This document shows, one piece after another, positions 26,495 through 39,049 of a stretch of DNA of 47,024 bases. Position numbers and translations under genes: made by a program. Below the pieces are notes generated by a model. It was not told where the DNA came from. It worked only from the letters and a program-made list of their open reading frames with translations, and searched no databases. Source of the stretch: an uncultured Planctomycetia bacterium (GTDB lineage: Bacteria > Omnitrophota > Gorgyraeia > Gorgyraeales > Gorgyraeaceae). Numbering within the stretch: the first letter of the stretch is position 1; each line of letters opens with the position of its first letter. The DNA is taken from NCBI GenBank assembly GCA_964566255.1, contig CAZMID010000005.1:30830-77853 (forward strand). The letters are read 5' to 3'.

Positions 26495-26805
26495 TGAGAA
26501 AGAACAAGAAGCAAATAGAAGATATAAAAGGCATACTAAATAAAGTAATAGGCGGCATAGAAACAAAAACTCGCGGCAAAAAAGAAAAGATCTTAAATGT
26601 ATGGCAGGGGATTGTAGGTAAAGACGCCTCTAGCCATTCAAGGCCTGCAAGCATAAGGCGGAATATTTTAACAATAGAAGTTGATAGTTCTACATGGTTT
26701 TATAGCCTTAATTTAAAAAAGAAGAGCATATTAAAGGATATAAATAGAGAGTTAGGCGAAGATAAAATAGAAGACATTAGATTCAGAATGGGGGATATAA
26801 CTTAA
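26494..26805 (+). CDS. dciA: DciA / DUF721 helicase-loading protein
   Basis: W..IVG....HSRP......LTIEVDSSTW...L, ending IRFR; located between dnaN and gyrB; ATG 26494 overlaps the dnaN stop. Confidence 0.85.
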   Translation: MRKNKKQIEDIKGILNKVIGGIETKTRGKKEKILNVWQGIVGKDASSHSRPASIRRNILTIEVDSSTWFYSLNLKKKSILKDINRELGEDKIEDIRFRMGDIT

Positions 26806-29229
<2,424 letters not shown>

Positions 29230-29240
29230 ACGAGGTATAA

Positions 29241-31676
29241 ATGTACGCTCAGAATGAAAAATTAATACCAGTATATATTGAAGATGAAATGAAGAATTCC
29301 TACATCACTTACGCCATGAGCGTAATTGTAGGAAGAGCTCTTCCTGATGTTAGAGACGGTTTAAAGCCAGTTCATAGAAGAATACTTTATGCAATGAGAG
29401 AACTGGGTCTTGAACATAGTAAACATTATAAAAAATCTGCAAGAATCGTTGGAGAATGCTTGGGTAAATATCACCCACACGGTGATACAGCAGTGTATGA
29501 TTCTCTTGTAAGGATGGTTCAGGATTTTTCATTGAGATATCCTCTTATTGACGGCCAAGGAAACTTTGGTTCAGTCGATGGTGATGCAGCAGCAGCAATG
29601 AGATATACTGAAGCACGAATGGCTGCAATAGCAGATGAATTACTTTCTGATATAGATAAAGATACAGTAGAATTTACTCCAAACTTTGATGAAACACTTG
29701 AAGAGCCAGTTGTTTTACCGTCGAGACTGCCAAATCTATTGGTAAACGGCTCAAGCGGTATCGCAGTTGGTATGGCTACTAATATCCCGCCCCATAATCT
29801 TACCGAGATAGTGGATGCAGTAGTAAAAGTTATTTCAGAACCAGGGGTTTCTCTTAAAGATTTGATGAAGATTGTAAGGGGGCCTGATTTTCCAACAGGT
29901 GGGATTATTTGCGGAAGAGAGGGCATAAAACAGGCCTATGAAAAAGGAAGAGGCTTATTAAAGGTACATGCAAAGGCCGCTGTAGAGTCACAAAAAGGCA
30001 ATAAAGAATCAATAGTTATAACAGAAATCCCTTATCAGGTAAACAAATCAAAACTTATAGAAAATATTGCGAATTTAGTGCAAGACAAAAAGATAGAAGG
30101 GATTTCTGACATAAGAGATGAGTCTGATAAAGAAGGTATGAGGGTTGTAATTGATTTAAAACGCGACCAGAATGCCCAGGTAATCCTGAATCGCTTATAT
30201 AAAAAGACTCAGATGGAAACAACCTTTGGTATTATCATGCTTGCTCTTGTCGACAATAAACCAAAGGTTTTAAATCTAAAAGAAATCCTGGAATTATACA
30301 TAAAACATAGAGAAGAGATTGTAAAACGCAGAACACAATTTGAATTAAATAAAGCAGAAAGAAGAGCCCATATATTAGAAGGTCTTAAGATAGCGATAGA
30401 TAACCTTAATAAGATTATAAAAACAATCAGAGAATCAAAAGATTCTAAAATAGCAAAAGCCGCTCTTATGAAAAATTTTGATTTGAGCGAACTTCAGGCT
30501 CAGGCTATTTTGGAAATGCAATTACAGCGTCTTACAGCCCTTGAAAGAGGGAAAATAGACAAAGAATACCTGGAACTAATAAAAAAGATAGAATTGTATA
30601 AATCTATTTTAAAGAGCGAAAAGAAAATCCTAGAAATCGTAAAGAATGAAGCCTTAGAAGTAAAGAAAAAATACGGTGATGAACGCCAAACAGAAATCGT
30701 TGCCAAGTTTGAAGAGATGGAAGTAGAAGATTTAATTGCAGAAGAAGACGTTGTTATTACTATAAGCCATGCTGGTTATATAAAACGCCTTCCAGTCGGT
30801 TCTTATAGACGTCAGCGTCGGGGAGGAACAGGTGTAACTGGTATAGACATGAAGGACGAAGACTTTGTAGAACATTTATTTATTGCCTCAACTCATGAAT
30901 ATATATTATTTTTTACAAACAAAGGTAGGGTTCATTGGTTAAAGGTTTATGAAATCCCTCAGGCCTCAAGCCGTGCAGCTAGAGGTAAGGCAATAGTAAA
31001 TATGTTGCAGCTTTCACAAGGAGAGAAGGTTTCTTCTTATGTAAGAGTAAAAGAATTTAAGGAAGGAAGCTTTCTTGTAATGGCAACCAAAAATGGCCTT
31101 ATAAAAAAGACAGATTTAATGGCTTATGCAAACCCAAGAAAAGGCGGTATTGTAGGAATTAGTATCGAAAAAGATGATGAATTAATAGAAGTTTTATTAA
31201 CCGACGGCAAACAAGAAATCCTACTTGCTACAAATCAAGGTAAGGCTATTAGATTTTTAGAATCTCAAGTCAGAGATATGGGTAGATCTGCAAAAGGCGT
31301 AAAAGGAATTGGTCTTGCCAAAAAAGATAGAGTAATTGCCATGGGTATTGCCAGAAAAGATTCTACAGTTCTTACAGTTACTTCGCAAGGATTTGCAAAA
31401 CGTACAGCAATTGCTCAATATAGAAAACAGTCTCGAGGAGGGAAAGGAATAAAGAATGTAAGCGTCACTAAGAAAAACGGCGAGGCAGTAGGATTAAAGA
31501 CAGTGACTGATAAAGATGAGATAATGGTTATAACCGAAAAAGGTATGATTGTCCGCTGTGCTGTAAAAGATATCCGCACTACTGGTAGAGGTACGCAGGG
31601 CGTGCGCATAATAAAGCTTGATTCAGGCGACAGAGCTGCATCTGTTGCTAGAGTAGTTCCAGAAGAGGAAGAATAA
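29241..31676 (+). CDS. gyrA: DNA gyrase subunit A
   Basis: [26 protein letters not shown], GyrA-box QRRGGTG. Confidence 0.98.
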   Translation: MYAQNEKLIPVYIEDEMKNSYITYAMSVIVGRALPDVRDGLKPVHRRILYAMRELGLEHSKHYKKSARIVGECLGKYHPHGDTAVYDSLVRMVQDFSLRYPLIDGQGNFGSVDGDAAAAMRYTEARMAAIADELLSDIDKDTVEFTPNFDETLEEPVVLPSRLPNLLVNGSSGIAVGMATNIPPHNLTEIVDAVVKVISEPGVSLKDLMKIVRGPDFPTGGIICGREGIKQAYEKGRGLLKVHAKAAVESQKGNKESIVITEIPYQVNKSKLIENIANLVQDKKIEGISDIRDESDKEGMRVVIDLKRDQNAQVILNRLYKKTQMETTFGIIMLALVDNKPKVLNLKEILELYIKHREEIVKRRTQFELNKAERRAHILEGLKIAIDNLNKIIKTIRESKDSKIAKAALMKNFDLSELQAQAILEMQLQRLTALERGKIDKEYLELIKKIELYKSILKSEKKILEIVKNEALEVKKKYGDERQTEIVAKFEEMEVEDLIAEEDVVITISHAGYIKRLPVGSYRRQRRGGTGVTGIDMKDEDFVEHLFIASTHEYILFFTNKGRVHWLKVYEIPQASSRAARGKAIVNMLQLSQGEKVSSYVRVKEFKEGSFLVMATKNGLIKKTDLMAYANPRKGGIVGISIEKDDELIEVLLTDGKQEILLATNQGKAIRFLESQVRDMGRSAKGVKGIGLAKKDRVIAMGIARKDSTVLTVTSQGFAKRTAIAQYRKQSRGGKGIKNVSVTKKNGEAVGLKTVTDKDEIMVITEKGMIVRCAVKDIRTTGRGTQGVRIIKLDSGDRAASVARVVPEEEE

Positions 31677-31681
31677 TTTTC

Positions 31682-31759
31682 GTCCCCATCGTCTAGTCTG
31701 GCCTAGGACATCAGATTTTCGATCTGACGACACCGGTTCGAATCCGGTTGGGGACGCCA
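31682..31759 (+). tRNA. tRNA-Glu(TTC)
   Basis: GTCCCCA...TGGGGAC-GCCA; anticodon arm TCAGA-TTTTCGA-TCTGA; GGTTCGAATCC. Confidence 0.96.
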
Positions 31760-31933
31760 CGTTCTAATACACGGTGCAAAAAAAACTAGGAAAGAAAAAA
31801 TCACATAGAATATTTAGAATGAGTAAAGTAAGGGCCTATCTATTGATAAAAAGCATCAAAAAACAGCTGAGAGAGCAGGAAAGACGTATTAAGACCAAAA
31901 GAAGATAACTCTTTCTCATCTTTAACTTTCCTC

Positions 31934-31962
31934 TTTACAAAACCCTACCTAACTTGTATAAT
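31934..31962 (+). promoter_or_regulatory. Sigma70 promoter ahead of the small ORF and hisG
   Basis: TTTACA (31934-31939), 17 nt, TATAAT (31957-31962). Confidence 0.7.
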
Positions 31963-31971
31963 AACTGCGTT

Positions 31972-32121
31972 ATGCGAAAAAAGGCCAGACGTATAAAAGT
32001 ACGTAGGTCTTGGACTCTCAATCCTAAGACTAGGATAAAAAAGAGCAAAAAGAAATATTCCAGAAAAAACAAGAAAAAGGCGGTAAGAGATGAAGTTAAA
32101 ATTTGGGCTTCCAAAGGGTAG
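31972..32121 (+). CDS. Small basic protein (49 aa), possible ribosome-associated or ribosome-rescue factor
   Basis: [49 protein letters not shown]; first ATG after the promoter; overlaps hisG by 32 nt. Confidence 0.55.
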   Translation: MRKKARRIKVRRSWTLNPKTRIKKSKKKYSRKNKKKAVRDEVKIWASKG

Positions 32122-32962
32122 CTTACAAGATGCTACTGTAAGGATGTTTAAAAAAGCAGGCTTTAATATATCTATATCATCTAGAAGTTATTTTCCGTCT
32201 ATAGATGATAAAGATATAGCCCCTTATCTTTTAAGGGCACAGGAGATGGCCAGGTACGTTGCTGACGGTGCGCTCGATTGCGGCATTACAGGCAGGGACT
32301 GGACCAACGAAAGCGGTAAAGACGTAATAGAGGTCTCAGAACTTATCTATGGCAAGCAAGGTCTGCGTCCTGTTCGTTGGGTTCTAGCTGTACCTAATGA
32401 TTCAAAGATTAAAAGTGTGAATGACCTCAGAGGAAAAAGAGTTGCAACAGAACTTGTAAGCGTTACAAAGGCATATTTTAAGAAGAAAAAAATAGATGTT
32501 GATATAGAATTCAGCTGGGGTGTGACAGAGGCGAAGGTAGCAGCAGGTCTTGTAGATGCCATAGTAGAACTTACTGAGACAGGGGCATCTTTAAGGGCGA
32601 ATAACTTACGTATAATTGATACAGTGTGTGAATCTACCACAGTTATAGTTGCAAATAAAAGTTCCTGGAAAGATAATTGGAAGAAGGAAAAGATGGAAAG
32701 TATCGCCCTTCTTTTAAAAGGCGCAATTGCTGCAGAAGAAAAAGTCGGCCTTAAGATGAATGTAGAAGAAAAGAATCTAGATAGAGTGATTTCCATTCTG
32801 CCTGCCATGAAAAAACCTACCATATCAAAACTTTCTCAAAAGGGGTGGTGTGCGATAGAGACAATGGTAGATGAAAAAATAGTCCGTAATATTATCCCAA
32901 AATTAAAACAAAAAGGCGCTCAGGGGATCATAGAATATCCCTTGAATAAAGTGATTTCTTGA
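32090..32962 (+). CDS. hisG: ATP phosphoribosyltransferase (long form)
   Basis: [39 protein letters not shown]-terminal regulatory domain (PAMKKPTIS). Confidence 0.96.
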   Translation: MKLKFGLPKGSLQDATVRMFKKAGFNISISSRSYFPSIDDKDIAPYLLRAQEMARYVADGALDCGITGRDWTNESGKDVIEVSELIYGKQGLRPVRWVLAVPNDSKIKSVNDLRGKRVATELVSVTKAYFKKKKIDVDIEFSWGVTEAKVAAGLVDAIVELTETGASLRANNLRIIDTVCESTTVIVANKSSWKDNWKKEKMESIALLLKGAIAAEEKVGLKMNVEEKNLDRVISILPAMKKPTISKLSQKGWCAIETMVDEKIVRNIIPKLKQKGAQGIIEYPLNKVIS

Positions 32963-32980
32963 TAATAGGAGGAAGGTAAT

Positions 32981-33076
32981 ATGCCTTGTGGCAGAAAGAG
33001 AAAAAGAAGAAAGATATCAACTCATAAAAGAAAAAAAAGACGTAGAAGAGATAGGCACAAGAAGAGAAATAGATAG
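32981..33076 (+). CDS. Small ribosomal protein bS22 (AURKAIP1/COX24/mS38-like)
   Basis: MPCGRKRKRRKISTHKRKKRRRRDRHKKRNR, 31 aa; AGGAGG SD; below the ORF-track cutoff. Confidence 0.88.
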   Translation: MPCGRKRKRRKISTHKRKKRRRRDRHKKRNR

Positions 33077-33098
33077 CTTTTAAAAGATTTATACATCA

Positions 33099-34640
33099 GT
33101 GACAATAACTTTGAAACCCTTTTTAACATTGGCCCTTATCGGGATACTGACTTTAGAGATCTCAGGTTGTGTAGCTACGCCTAAACTCAAAAAGAAAGCT
33201 CTGCGTAGTCCCTCCAAAGAAATCTTAAAGATAGCTAAAGAAAAACCCCATCATTCAATATCGCCCAAGGCCTATGCCCATTATTCAATGGGGATGATAT
33301 ATGATAATGAGGGTAAACTCGCTGAAGCCCTAGAAGAGTATCTTAAGGCAATAGAGTTTGATCCTAGCGCAGGACAAGTTTATTATAGATTAGGCGCAAA
33401 TTATCTAAAATCAGGTAGAGTAGAGGAATCGATTTCTACGCTTAAGAAATCAATCGAGCTTGATAAAAAAAATGCACAGGCCCGATTTCTTCTTGCACTT
33501 ATTTATACTTCTCAGAAGAGGTATGATGAGGCAACAAAGGAATACGAAGAGATCTTAAAGAGTGAGCCAAGTGATTTGGCTACACTTACGTCTTTAGCAG
33601 ATCTTTATATCCTAGGCCAGGATTTAGACAAGGCCATAGAGATATACGAAAATCTTCTAAAAGAAAAGCAAGATTCCCCTCTCATACATTTTAATTTGGG
33701 CATAGTTTATGCGAGGGCTTCAAGACTTGAGGATGCAATAGATGAATTTACAAAAGCAAAAGATCTAAAGCCTGATTATCTGGAAGCGCATTTGGCGCTT
33801 GCAGTGCTCTTTGAAATAACCGGTAAACCTGAAAGCGCAATAGATAGCTATAAAGAAGCGCTTAAGATGGATCCTGTAAATACAAGACTTTACCGTCATC
33901 TGGCCCAACTTTATTTCCAGACGAATGATATAGATTCATCGATTCAGCAGTATAAACTTTTATTAAAATTAGATCCAGAGGATCTTGTTGCACATATAGA
34001 GTTGAGTTATATCTATGTTGCAGGTTCAAGAATAGATGATGGCATAGAAGTTTTAAAAGAGGCCCTTTTATTAGAAAAAAGAGAACAGGATATTTATGTA
34101 GCATTGGGTTTTTGTTACAGTGAAAAAGGAGATAAGAAGCTAGCTATAGACAGTTATAAAAAGAGCATCGGAATAGATCCATTAAATCCAAAGACGCATT
34201 TTTATCTGGGTGCGATACTTGAAGAGATAGGAGAAGAAAAAGAAGCCATAGAGGCCTTAAAGAAATCCCTAGAATTGAATCCTGACGATCCTGAGGTATT
34301 GAATTATCTTGGGTATATATATGCAGAGATAGATGAAAATCTTGATGAGGCAGATTCGCTTGTTAAAAAGGCCCTTGAGATAGATCCAACTAACGGTGCT
34401 TATATAGATAGCCTTGGATGGATTTATTACAAAAAAGGCATGCTTGAAGAAGCAAAGATAGAGATAGAAAAAGCAAAAGAACTTATTGGGGATGATCCTG
34501 TGATCTATGACCATCTCGGGGATATTTATTTAAAAATAGGTGTTTTGGATAAGGCTAAGGAGGCCTGGGAAAAATCATTAGAACTTAAAAATAGTGACGA
34601 GGTTAAAAAGAAATTAACCACATTAAATACCAATGAATAA
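33099..34640 (+). CDS. Tetratricopeptide-repeat protein, probable lipoprotein
   Basis: Hydrophobic N-terminus with ISGC lipobox; many 34-aa TPRs; C-terminal LNYLGY..YIDSLGWIYY..DHLGDIY block. Confidence 0.88.
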   Translation: MTITLKPFLTLALIGILTLEISGCVATPKLKKKALRSPSKEILKIAKEKPHHSISPKAYAHYSMGMIYDNEGKLAEALEEYLKAIEFDPSAGQVYYRLGANYLKSGRVEESISTLKKSIELDKKNAQARFLLALIYTSQKRYDEATKEYEEILKSEPSDLATLTSLADLYILGQDLDKAIEIYENLLKEKQDSPLIHFNLGIVYARASRLEDAIDEFTKAKDLKPDYLEAHLALAVLFEITGKPESAIDSYKEALKMDPVNTRLYRHLAQLYFQTNDIDSSIQQYKLLLKLDPEDLVAHIELSYIYVAGSRIDDGIEVLKEALLLEKREQDIYVALGFCYSEKGDKKLAIDSYKKSIGIDPLNPKTHFYLGAILEEIGEEKEAIEALKKSLELNPDDPEVLNYLGYIYAEIDENLDEADSLVKKALEIDPTNGAYIDSLGWIYYKKGMLEEAKIEIEKAKELIGDDPVIYDHLGDIYLKIGVLDKAKEAWEKSLELKNSDEVKKKLTTLNTNE

Positions 34641-35454
34641 AAAACCTGATATTAAAAAATTAGAAAGTATCGCAAGAGAAATCCGCAGGGAAATCTTAAA
34701 GATGCTTAGTTGTGCTGGCTCAGGACACACCGGCGGGTCTTTATCAATGGTAGAGCTTTTAGTGGGATTATATTTTTACAGATTCAAATGCGATCCTAAA
34801 AAACCTCTTTGCGATACACGGGATGTATTTATACTTTCAAAGGGTCATGGATGCCCTGCGTTATACGCAGTGCTTGCAAAGATGAATTTTTTCAAAGAGA
34901 AAGAATTATGTACCTTAAGAAAATCTGGTACCAGACTTCAGGGGCATCCACAGATGGGACTTCCTGGCGTTGAGGTATCGAGCGGTTCTTTAGGTCAGGG
35001 GCTTTCTATTGCAAATGGATTTGCGCTGGCTGCAAGATTAAATAAAGATCCCAAGAGGATCTATTGTCTGATGGGGGATGGAGAGCTGGATGAAGGCCAG
35101 ATATGGGAAGCAGCCCTTACATCAGCACATTATAAATTAGATAATGTATGCGGGATAGTGGATTACAATAAATTTCAGATAGATGGTAGGACCGAAGAAG
35201 TAAAAAACCTTGAACCCCTAAAGGATAAATGGCAGGCATTTGGCTGGGAGGTTTTAGAAATAGACGGCCATAACCTTAAAGACGTTATTAGTGCCTATGA
35301 TAAGGTAGACACGATTAAAGAAAGGCCTACAGTTATCCTTGCTCATACAGTAAAAGGTAAAGGTGTTTCATTCTTTGAGAATCAAAATAAATATCATGGT
35401 GTAGCTCCTAGCAAAGAGGAATTAGAAAAGGCTCTAAAGGAATTAGAAGGATGA
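34633..35454 (+). CDS. Transketolase, N-terminal (TPP-binding) subunit
   Basis: SGHTGGSLS, LSKGH, LQGHP, GSLGQG, GDGELDEG, HTVKGKG. Confidence 0.93.
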   Translation: MNKKPDIKKLESIAREIRREILKMLSCAGSGHTGGSLSMVELLVGLYFYRFKCDPKKPLCDTRDVFILSKGHGCPALYAVLAKMNFFKEKELCTLRKSGTRLQGHPQMGLPGVEVSSGSLGQGLSIANGFALAARLNKDPKRIYCLMGDGELDEGQIWEAALTSAHYKLDNVCGIVDYNKFQIDGRTEEVKNLEPLKDKWQAFGWEVLEIDGHNLKDVISAYDKVDTIKERPTVILAHTVKGKGVSFFENQNKYHGVAPSKEELEKALKELEG

Positions 35455-36398
35455 GTATAATGGATAAACTTCCAACAAGAGATGGTTTTGGTAAAGGCGT
35501 AGTAGAGCTGGGAGAAAAAAGAAACGATATAGTTGTCCTTTCAGCAGACTTAACAGAGTCTACACGTGCAGGATGGTTTAAAAAGCAATTCCCTGAAAGA
35601 TTTTTTTCAATGGGCGTTAGTGAACAGGATATGATTTCAACGGCTGCAGGATTTGCCCTTTCAGGAAAGATTCCTTTTGCCTGTACATTCGGAGTTTTTG
35701 CTGCAGGGAGGGCTTGGGATCAGGTAAGGGTCTCAGTTGCATACATGGATTTAAATGTGAGAATAGTCGGTACCCACGGAGGTATATCAGTAGGAGAGGA
35801 CGGGCCTACTCATCAGGCAGTAGAAGAGATTGCCCTTATGAGGGTCCTACCTAATATGACTGTTATTGTCCCGTGCGATGCCTTGGAAGCAAAAAAAGCA
35901 ACTATTGCAAGTGCTTCTTACAAAGGCCCTATCTATTTTAGGCTCGGCAGGAATAAAATCCCTGTTATTACTAAAGAAAAAGATGTTTTTGAAATAGGAA
36001 AGGCTGTTACATTAAAAGAAGGAAAAGACGTTACTATTATAGCTTGTGGTTGTGAAGTATACGAGGCACTTTTAGCACATGATATCTTGAAAAAAGACAA
36101 TATAAGCGCCCAAGTTATAAATCTGCATACTTTAAAGCCAGTTGATGAAAAAGCGATTATATCAGCGGCTAAAAAGACAGGCGCCATTGTTACAGCTGAA
36201 GAACACACAGTAATGGGAGGCTTGGGTAGTGTTGTAAGTGAAGTGCTTACCCAAAATTTTCCAGTTCCAATAGAATTTATAGGCGTAAAAGATAGGTTTG
36301 GAGAATCAGGTGCTCCAGACGAACTTTTCAAGATATTTGGGCTTACAGCACAAGATATTGCATCCTCAGCAAAAAAGGTTATTGCTAGAAAAAAATAG
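35451..36398 (+). CDS. Transketolase, C-terminal (pyrimidine-binding) subunit
   Basis: SADL..ST, GVSEQDM, GEDGPTHQ, AEEH..GGLG, DRFGESG. Confidence 0.93.
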   Translation: MSIMDKLPTRDGFGKGVVELGEKRNDIVVLSADLTESTRAGWFKKQFPERFFSMGVSEQDMISTAAGFALSGKIPFACTFGVFAAGRAWDQVRVSVAYMDLNVRIVGTHGGISVGEDGPTHQAVEEIALMRVLPNMTVIVPCDALEAKKATIASASYKGPIYFRLGRNKIPVITKEKDVFEIGKAVTLKEGKDVTIIACGCEVYEALLAHDILKKDNISAQVINLHTLKPVDEKAIISAAKKTGAIVTAEEHTVMGGLGSVVSEVLTQNFPVPIEFIGVKDRFGESGAPDELFKIFGLTAQDIASSAKKVIARKK

Positions 36399-36401
36399 TC
36401 T

Positions 36402-37307
36402 ATGCAAGGCCTCAGGGTATATGCCCCTGCAAAACTGAATTTATATCTGGATGTTTTAGACAAAAGACCCGACGGTTATCATAATATAAAAACGCTCTTT
36501 GAAAAAATAGATTTAAAAGATGAAATTGAAATAATAAAAAAGCCAAAAGGGATAAATGTAAGAGTAGAACCTAAATCTTTATGCCCCGAAGGTAAAGATA
36601 ATATTGTCTATAAGGCAGTAGAAAGCTTGTTGAAAGAATCAAAGGCTGATTTAGGCTTTGATGTGATTATCAAGAAAAATATACCTACCGGCAGTGGCTT
36701 AGGAGGAGGTTCTAGTGATGTGGCTAGTGTATTACGAGCTATAAATGAAAACTTTGATTTAGGTATATTACCTAAAAGACTTTTTCATATAGCTAGCCTA
36801 TTAGGAAAAGACGTCCCATTTTTTATGTTGGATACATCTTTTGCAATGGCACAACTAACAGGTGAAGATTTGGAAACAATCGAAACAGATACTTCTTTTT
36901 TTCATATTGTAGTAAAACCAGACGTATCTATTTCAACAAAATCGATGTATAAAAGATTAGACAAACTTCATAGAGAGCCTAGAAGGAATGGCTTAGAGGC
37001 AATAATCCCTGCCATTAAAAATAAAGACCTGAAGTTGTTAAAAAAGACTTATTACAATGTCTTTGAAGAGGTGTTGAGTGATAACGCCCAATATATAGAG
37101 GAAATGAAGTCTTTATTATTGACTTCAGGGGTAGATAGGGTATTTTTATCCGGGAGCGGCTCAGCTTTATTTTCTACATTTAAAGAAAAAGCTGATGCAA
37201 TGAAGGTACTAGAACGTCTCCCGAAAAAACAAGGCATGGATGTATTTTTGGCAACAACTTACAAAGGAGGCATCTATGGAGATAACCGAGGTAAGGATAT
37301 TTCCTAA
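36402..37307 (+). CDS. ispE: 4-diphosphocytidyl-2-C-methyl-D-erythritol kinase
   Basis: APAKLNLYL, RPDGYH, KNIP.GSGLGGGSSD, G.DVPFF, LSGSGS. Confidence 0.95.
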   Translation: MQGLRVYAPAKLNLYLDVLDKRPDGYHNIKTLFEKIDLKDEIEIIKKPKGINVRVEPKSLCPEGKDNIVYKAVESLLKESKADLGFDVIIKKNIPTGSGLGGGSSDVASVLRAINENFDLGILPKRLFHIASLLGKDVPFFMLDTSFAMAQLTGEDLETIETDTSFFHIVVKPDVSISTKSMYKRLDKLHREPRRNGLEAIIPAIKNKDLKLLKKTYYNVFEEVLSDNAQYIEEMKSLLLTSGVDRVFLSGSGSALFSTFKEKADAMKVLERLPKKQGMDVFLATTYKGGIYGDNRGKDIS

Positions 37308-37677
37308 GGAAGGGCTGAATAACAAGCTAAGGGCATACGCCACTATAACTATTGACAATGCCTTTGTCGTCAGAAACATCAAGGTTATAGAAGGAAGAGA
37401 AAATCTTTTTGTAGCGATGCCATCGCGCAAAATGAAAGAAAGTTGTCCAAAATGCAATCATAAGAATGAAGTAAGAAGCAAGTTCTGTAACGAATGCGGC
37501 TCTAATATACCTAACAAGGTTATAGAGTCTACTGCGCCAAATGCCCAACATGATGCCAGACAATCAGAACATAAGGATATTGCCCATCCTATAAGTGTTC
37601 AGTGTAGAGAGTATATCCAGAAGAAGGTCTTAGAATCTTACGAGGTCGAGAAGAATAAAAAGGTAGCACAGATATAA
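37276..37677 (+). CDS. spoVG: SpoVG family protein with an inserted zinc-ribbon
   Basis: MEITEVRI, FVVRNIKVIEG, FVAMPSRK, CPKC..FCNECG insert, KDIAHPI; AAGGAGG SD before ATG 37276. Confidence 0.92.
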   Translation: MEITEVRIFPKEGLNNKLRAYATITIDNAFVVRNIKVIEGRENLFVAMPSRKMKESCPKCNHKNEVRSKFCNECGSNIPNKVIESTAPNAQHDARQSEHKDIAHPISVQCREYIQKKVLESYEVEKNKKVAQI

Positions 37678-37685
37678 CAAAGAAT

Positions 37686-37759
37686 TGCCTGGTAGTGTAA
37701 TGGTAACACATCAGCTTTTGGAGCTGAGTTTCCTGGTTCGAGTCCAGGCCAGGCAGCCA
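37686..37759 (+). tRNA. tRNA-Gln(TTG)
   Basis: TGCCTGG...CCAGGCA-GCCA; anticodon arm TCAGC-TTTTGGA-GCTGA. Confidence 0.96.
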
Positions 37760-37777
37760 AGTTTTGAATAAAAATTT

Positions 37778-39049
37778 ATGTCTATGAAAAATATCGCTGC
37801 AATAATATTAGCTGCAGGTGAGGGAACGAGGATGAAGTCCTCAAGACCAAAGGTGTTACACTCTATCTGCGGCAAGTCAATGATAAGACATTCTATAGAT
37901 TCTATAAATTCTATCGGCATAAATAAAATCTTAGTAGTTGTAGGACACCGAGGGGATTTAGTTAAAGATAGTTTACCTGGATTTAACTGTGTTAAACAGG
38001 ATAAGCTTCTTGGAACAGCTGATGCTGTATTAAAGGCAAAAGGAATTTTATTAAAAGATAAAAAAATAGATTCGGTTTTAATAACATACGGTGATGTGCC
38101 ACTTCTAACGCCTGAGACAATGAAAAAAATTATACAGAGACACTATTCTAGCCGTTCAGATTGTACGCTTCTAACGTCTAACTTGAAAAATCCTACTGGT
38201 TATGGCCGAGTTTTACGCTCAGGGAATGAAAAAATATCAAAGATAGTAGAGGAAGTGGATGCCTCAATATACGATAAGGTGATAGAAGAGATCAATGTAG
38301 GGGTATATTGTTTTAATAAAAGCCTTCTTTTCGAAGCCATTGAAAGGATACGTCCAAATAACAGAAAAAAAGAATATTACCTTACAGACGCAATAGAAAT
38401 CTTATCAAAATCCAATGCATTGATAGATTCTGTATCCACAGATGACCCTGAAGAGTTTCTTGGGGTTAATACAAGGACCGATTTGATTAAGGCAGAGGCT
38501 GTTATAAGGCGTAGGATATTAACTAATATTATGCAGAAGGGAGTAAGCGTTATTGACCCAACAAACACCTACATAGAAGATGGTGCAGAGATAGAAAAAG
38601 ACGCAGTAATATATCCCTATACTTTTATAGAGAAGGGTGTTAAAATAGGCTCAAACTGCAGCATAGGCCCATTTGCCCGCCTCAGAACAGGCACTGTAAT
38701 AGATAAAGAAGCCAGTGTGGGTAATTTTGTGGAGATAGTACGCTCTCATATAGGTAGAGACACCAAAATAAGGCATCAGTGTTATATTGGTGATACTATA
38801 ATAGGTAAGCGTGTCAATATAGGAGCAGGCACTATTATTGCAAACTATGACGGTAAGCGTAAGCACAAAACTGTCATAGAGGATAATGCATTTATAGGAA
38901 CAGGTACTATTTTGATAGCGCCTGTTAAGATAGGAAAAGGTGCGGTAACTGGTGCGGGGAGTGTCGTCACTAAAAATAAGAATGTTCCAGCAGGCAAGAC
39001 TGTTGCCGGGATACCGGCAAAAGCACTAAAAAGGGGGAAGAAAAGATGA
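37778..39049 (+). CDS. glmU: Bifunctional UDP-GlcNAc pyrophosphorylase / glucosamine-1-P acetyltransferase
   Basis: LAAGEGTRMKS..PKVLH, GYGRV, EYYLTD, GPFARLR, GNFVE, H..YIGD, NYDG; hexapeptide region somewhat short. Confidence 0.93.
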   Translation: MSMKNIAAIILAAGEGTRMKSSRPKVLHSICGKSMIRHSIDSINSIGINKILVVVGHRGDLVKDSLPGFNCVKQDKLLGTADAVLKAKGILLKDKKIDSVLITYGDVPLLTPETMKKIIQRHYSSRSDCTLLTSNLKNPTGYGRVLRSGNEKISKIVEEVDASIYDKVIEEINVGVYCFNKSLLFEAIERIRPNNRKKEYYLTDAIEILSKSNALIDSVSTDDPEEFLGVNTRTDLIKAEAVIRRRILTNIMQKGVSVIDPTNTYIEDGAEIEKDAVIYPYTFIEKGVKIGSNCSIGPFARLRTGTVIDKEASVGNFVEIVRSHIGRDTKIRHQCYIGDTIIGKRVNIGAGTIIANYDGKRKHKTVIEDNAFIGTGTILIAPVKIGKGAVTGAGSVVTKNKNVPAGKTVAGIPAKALKRGKKR

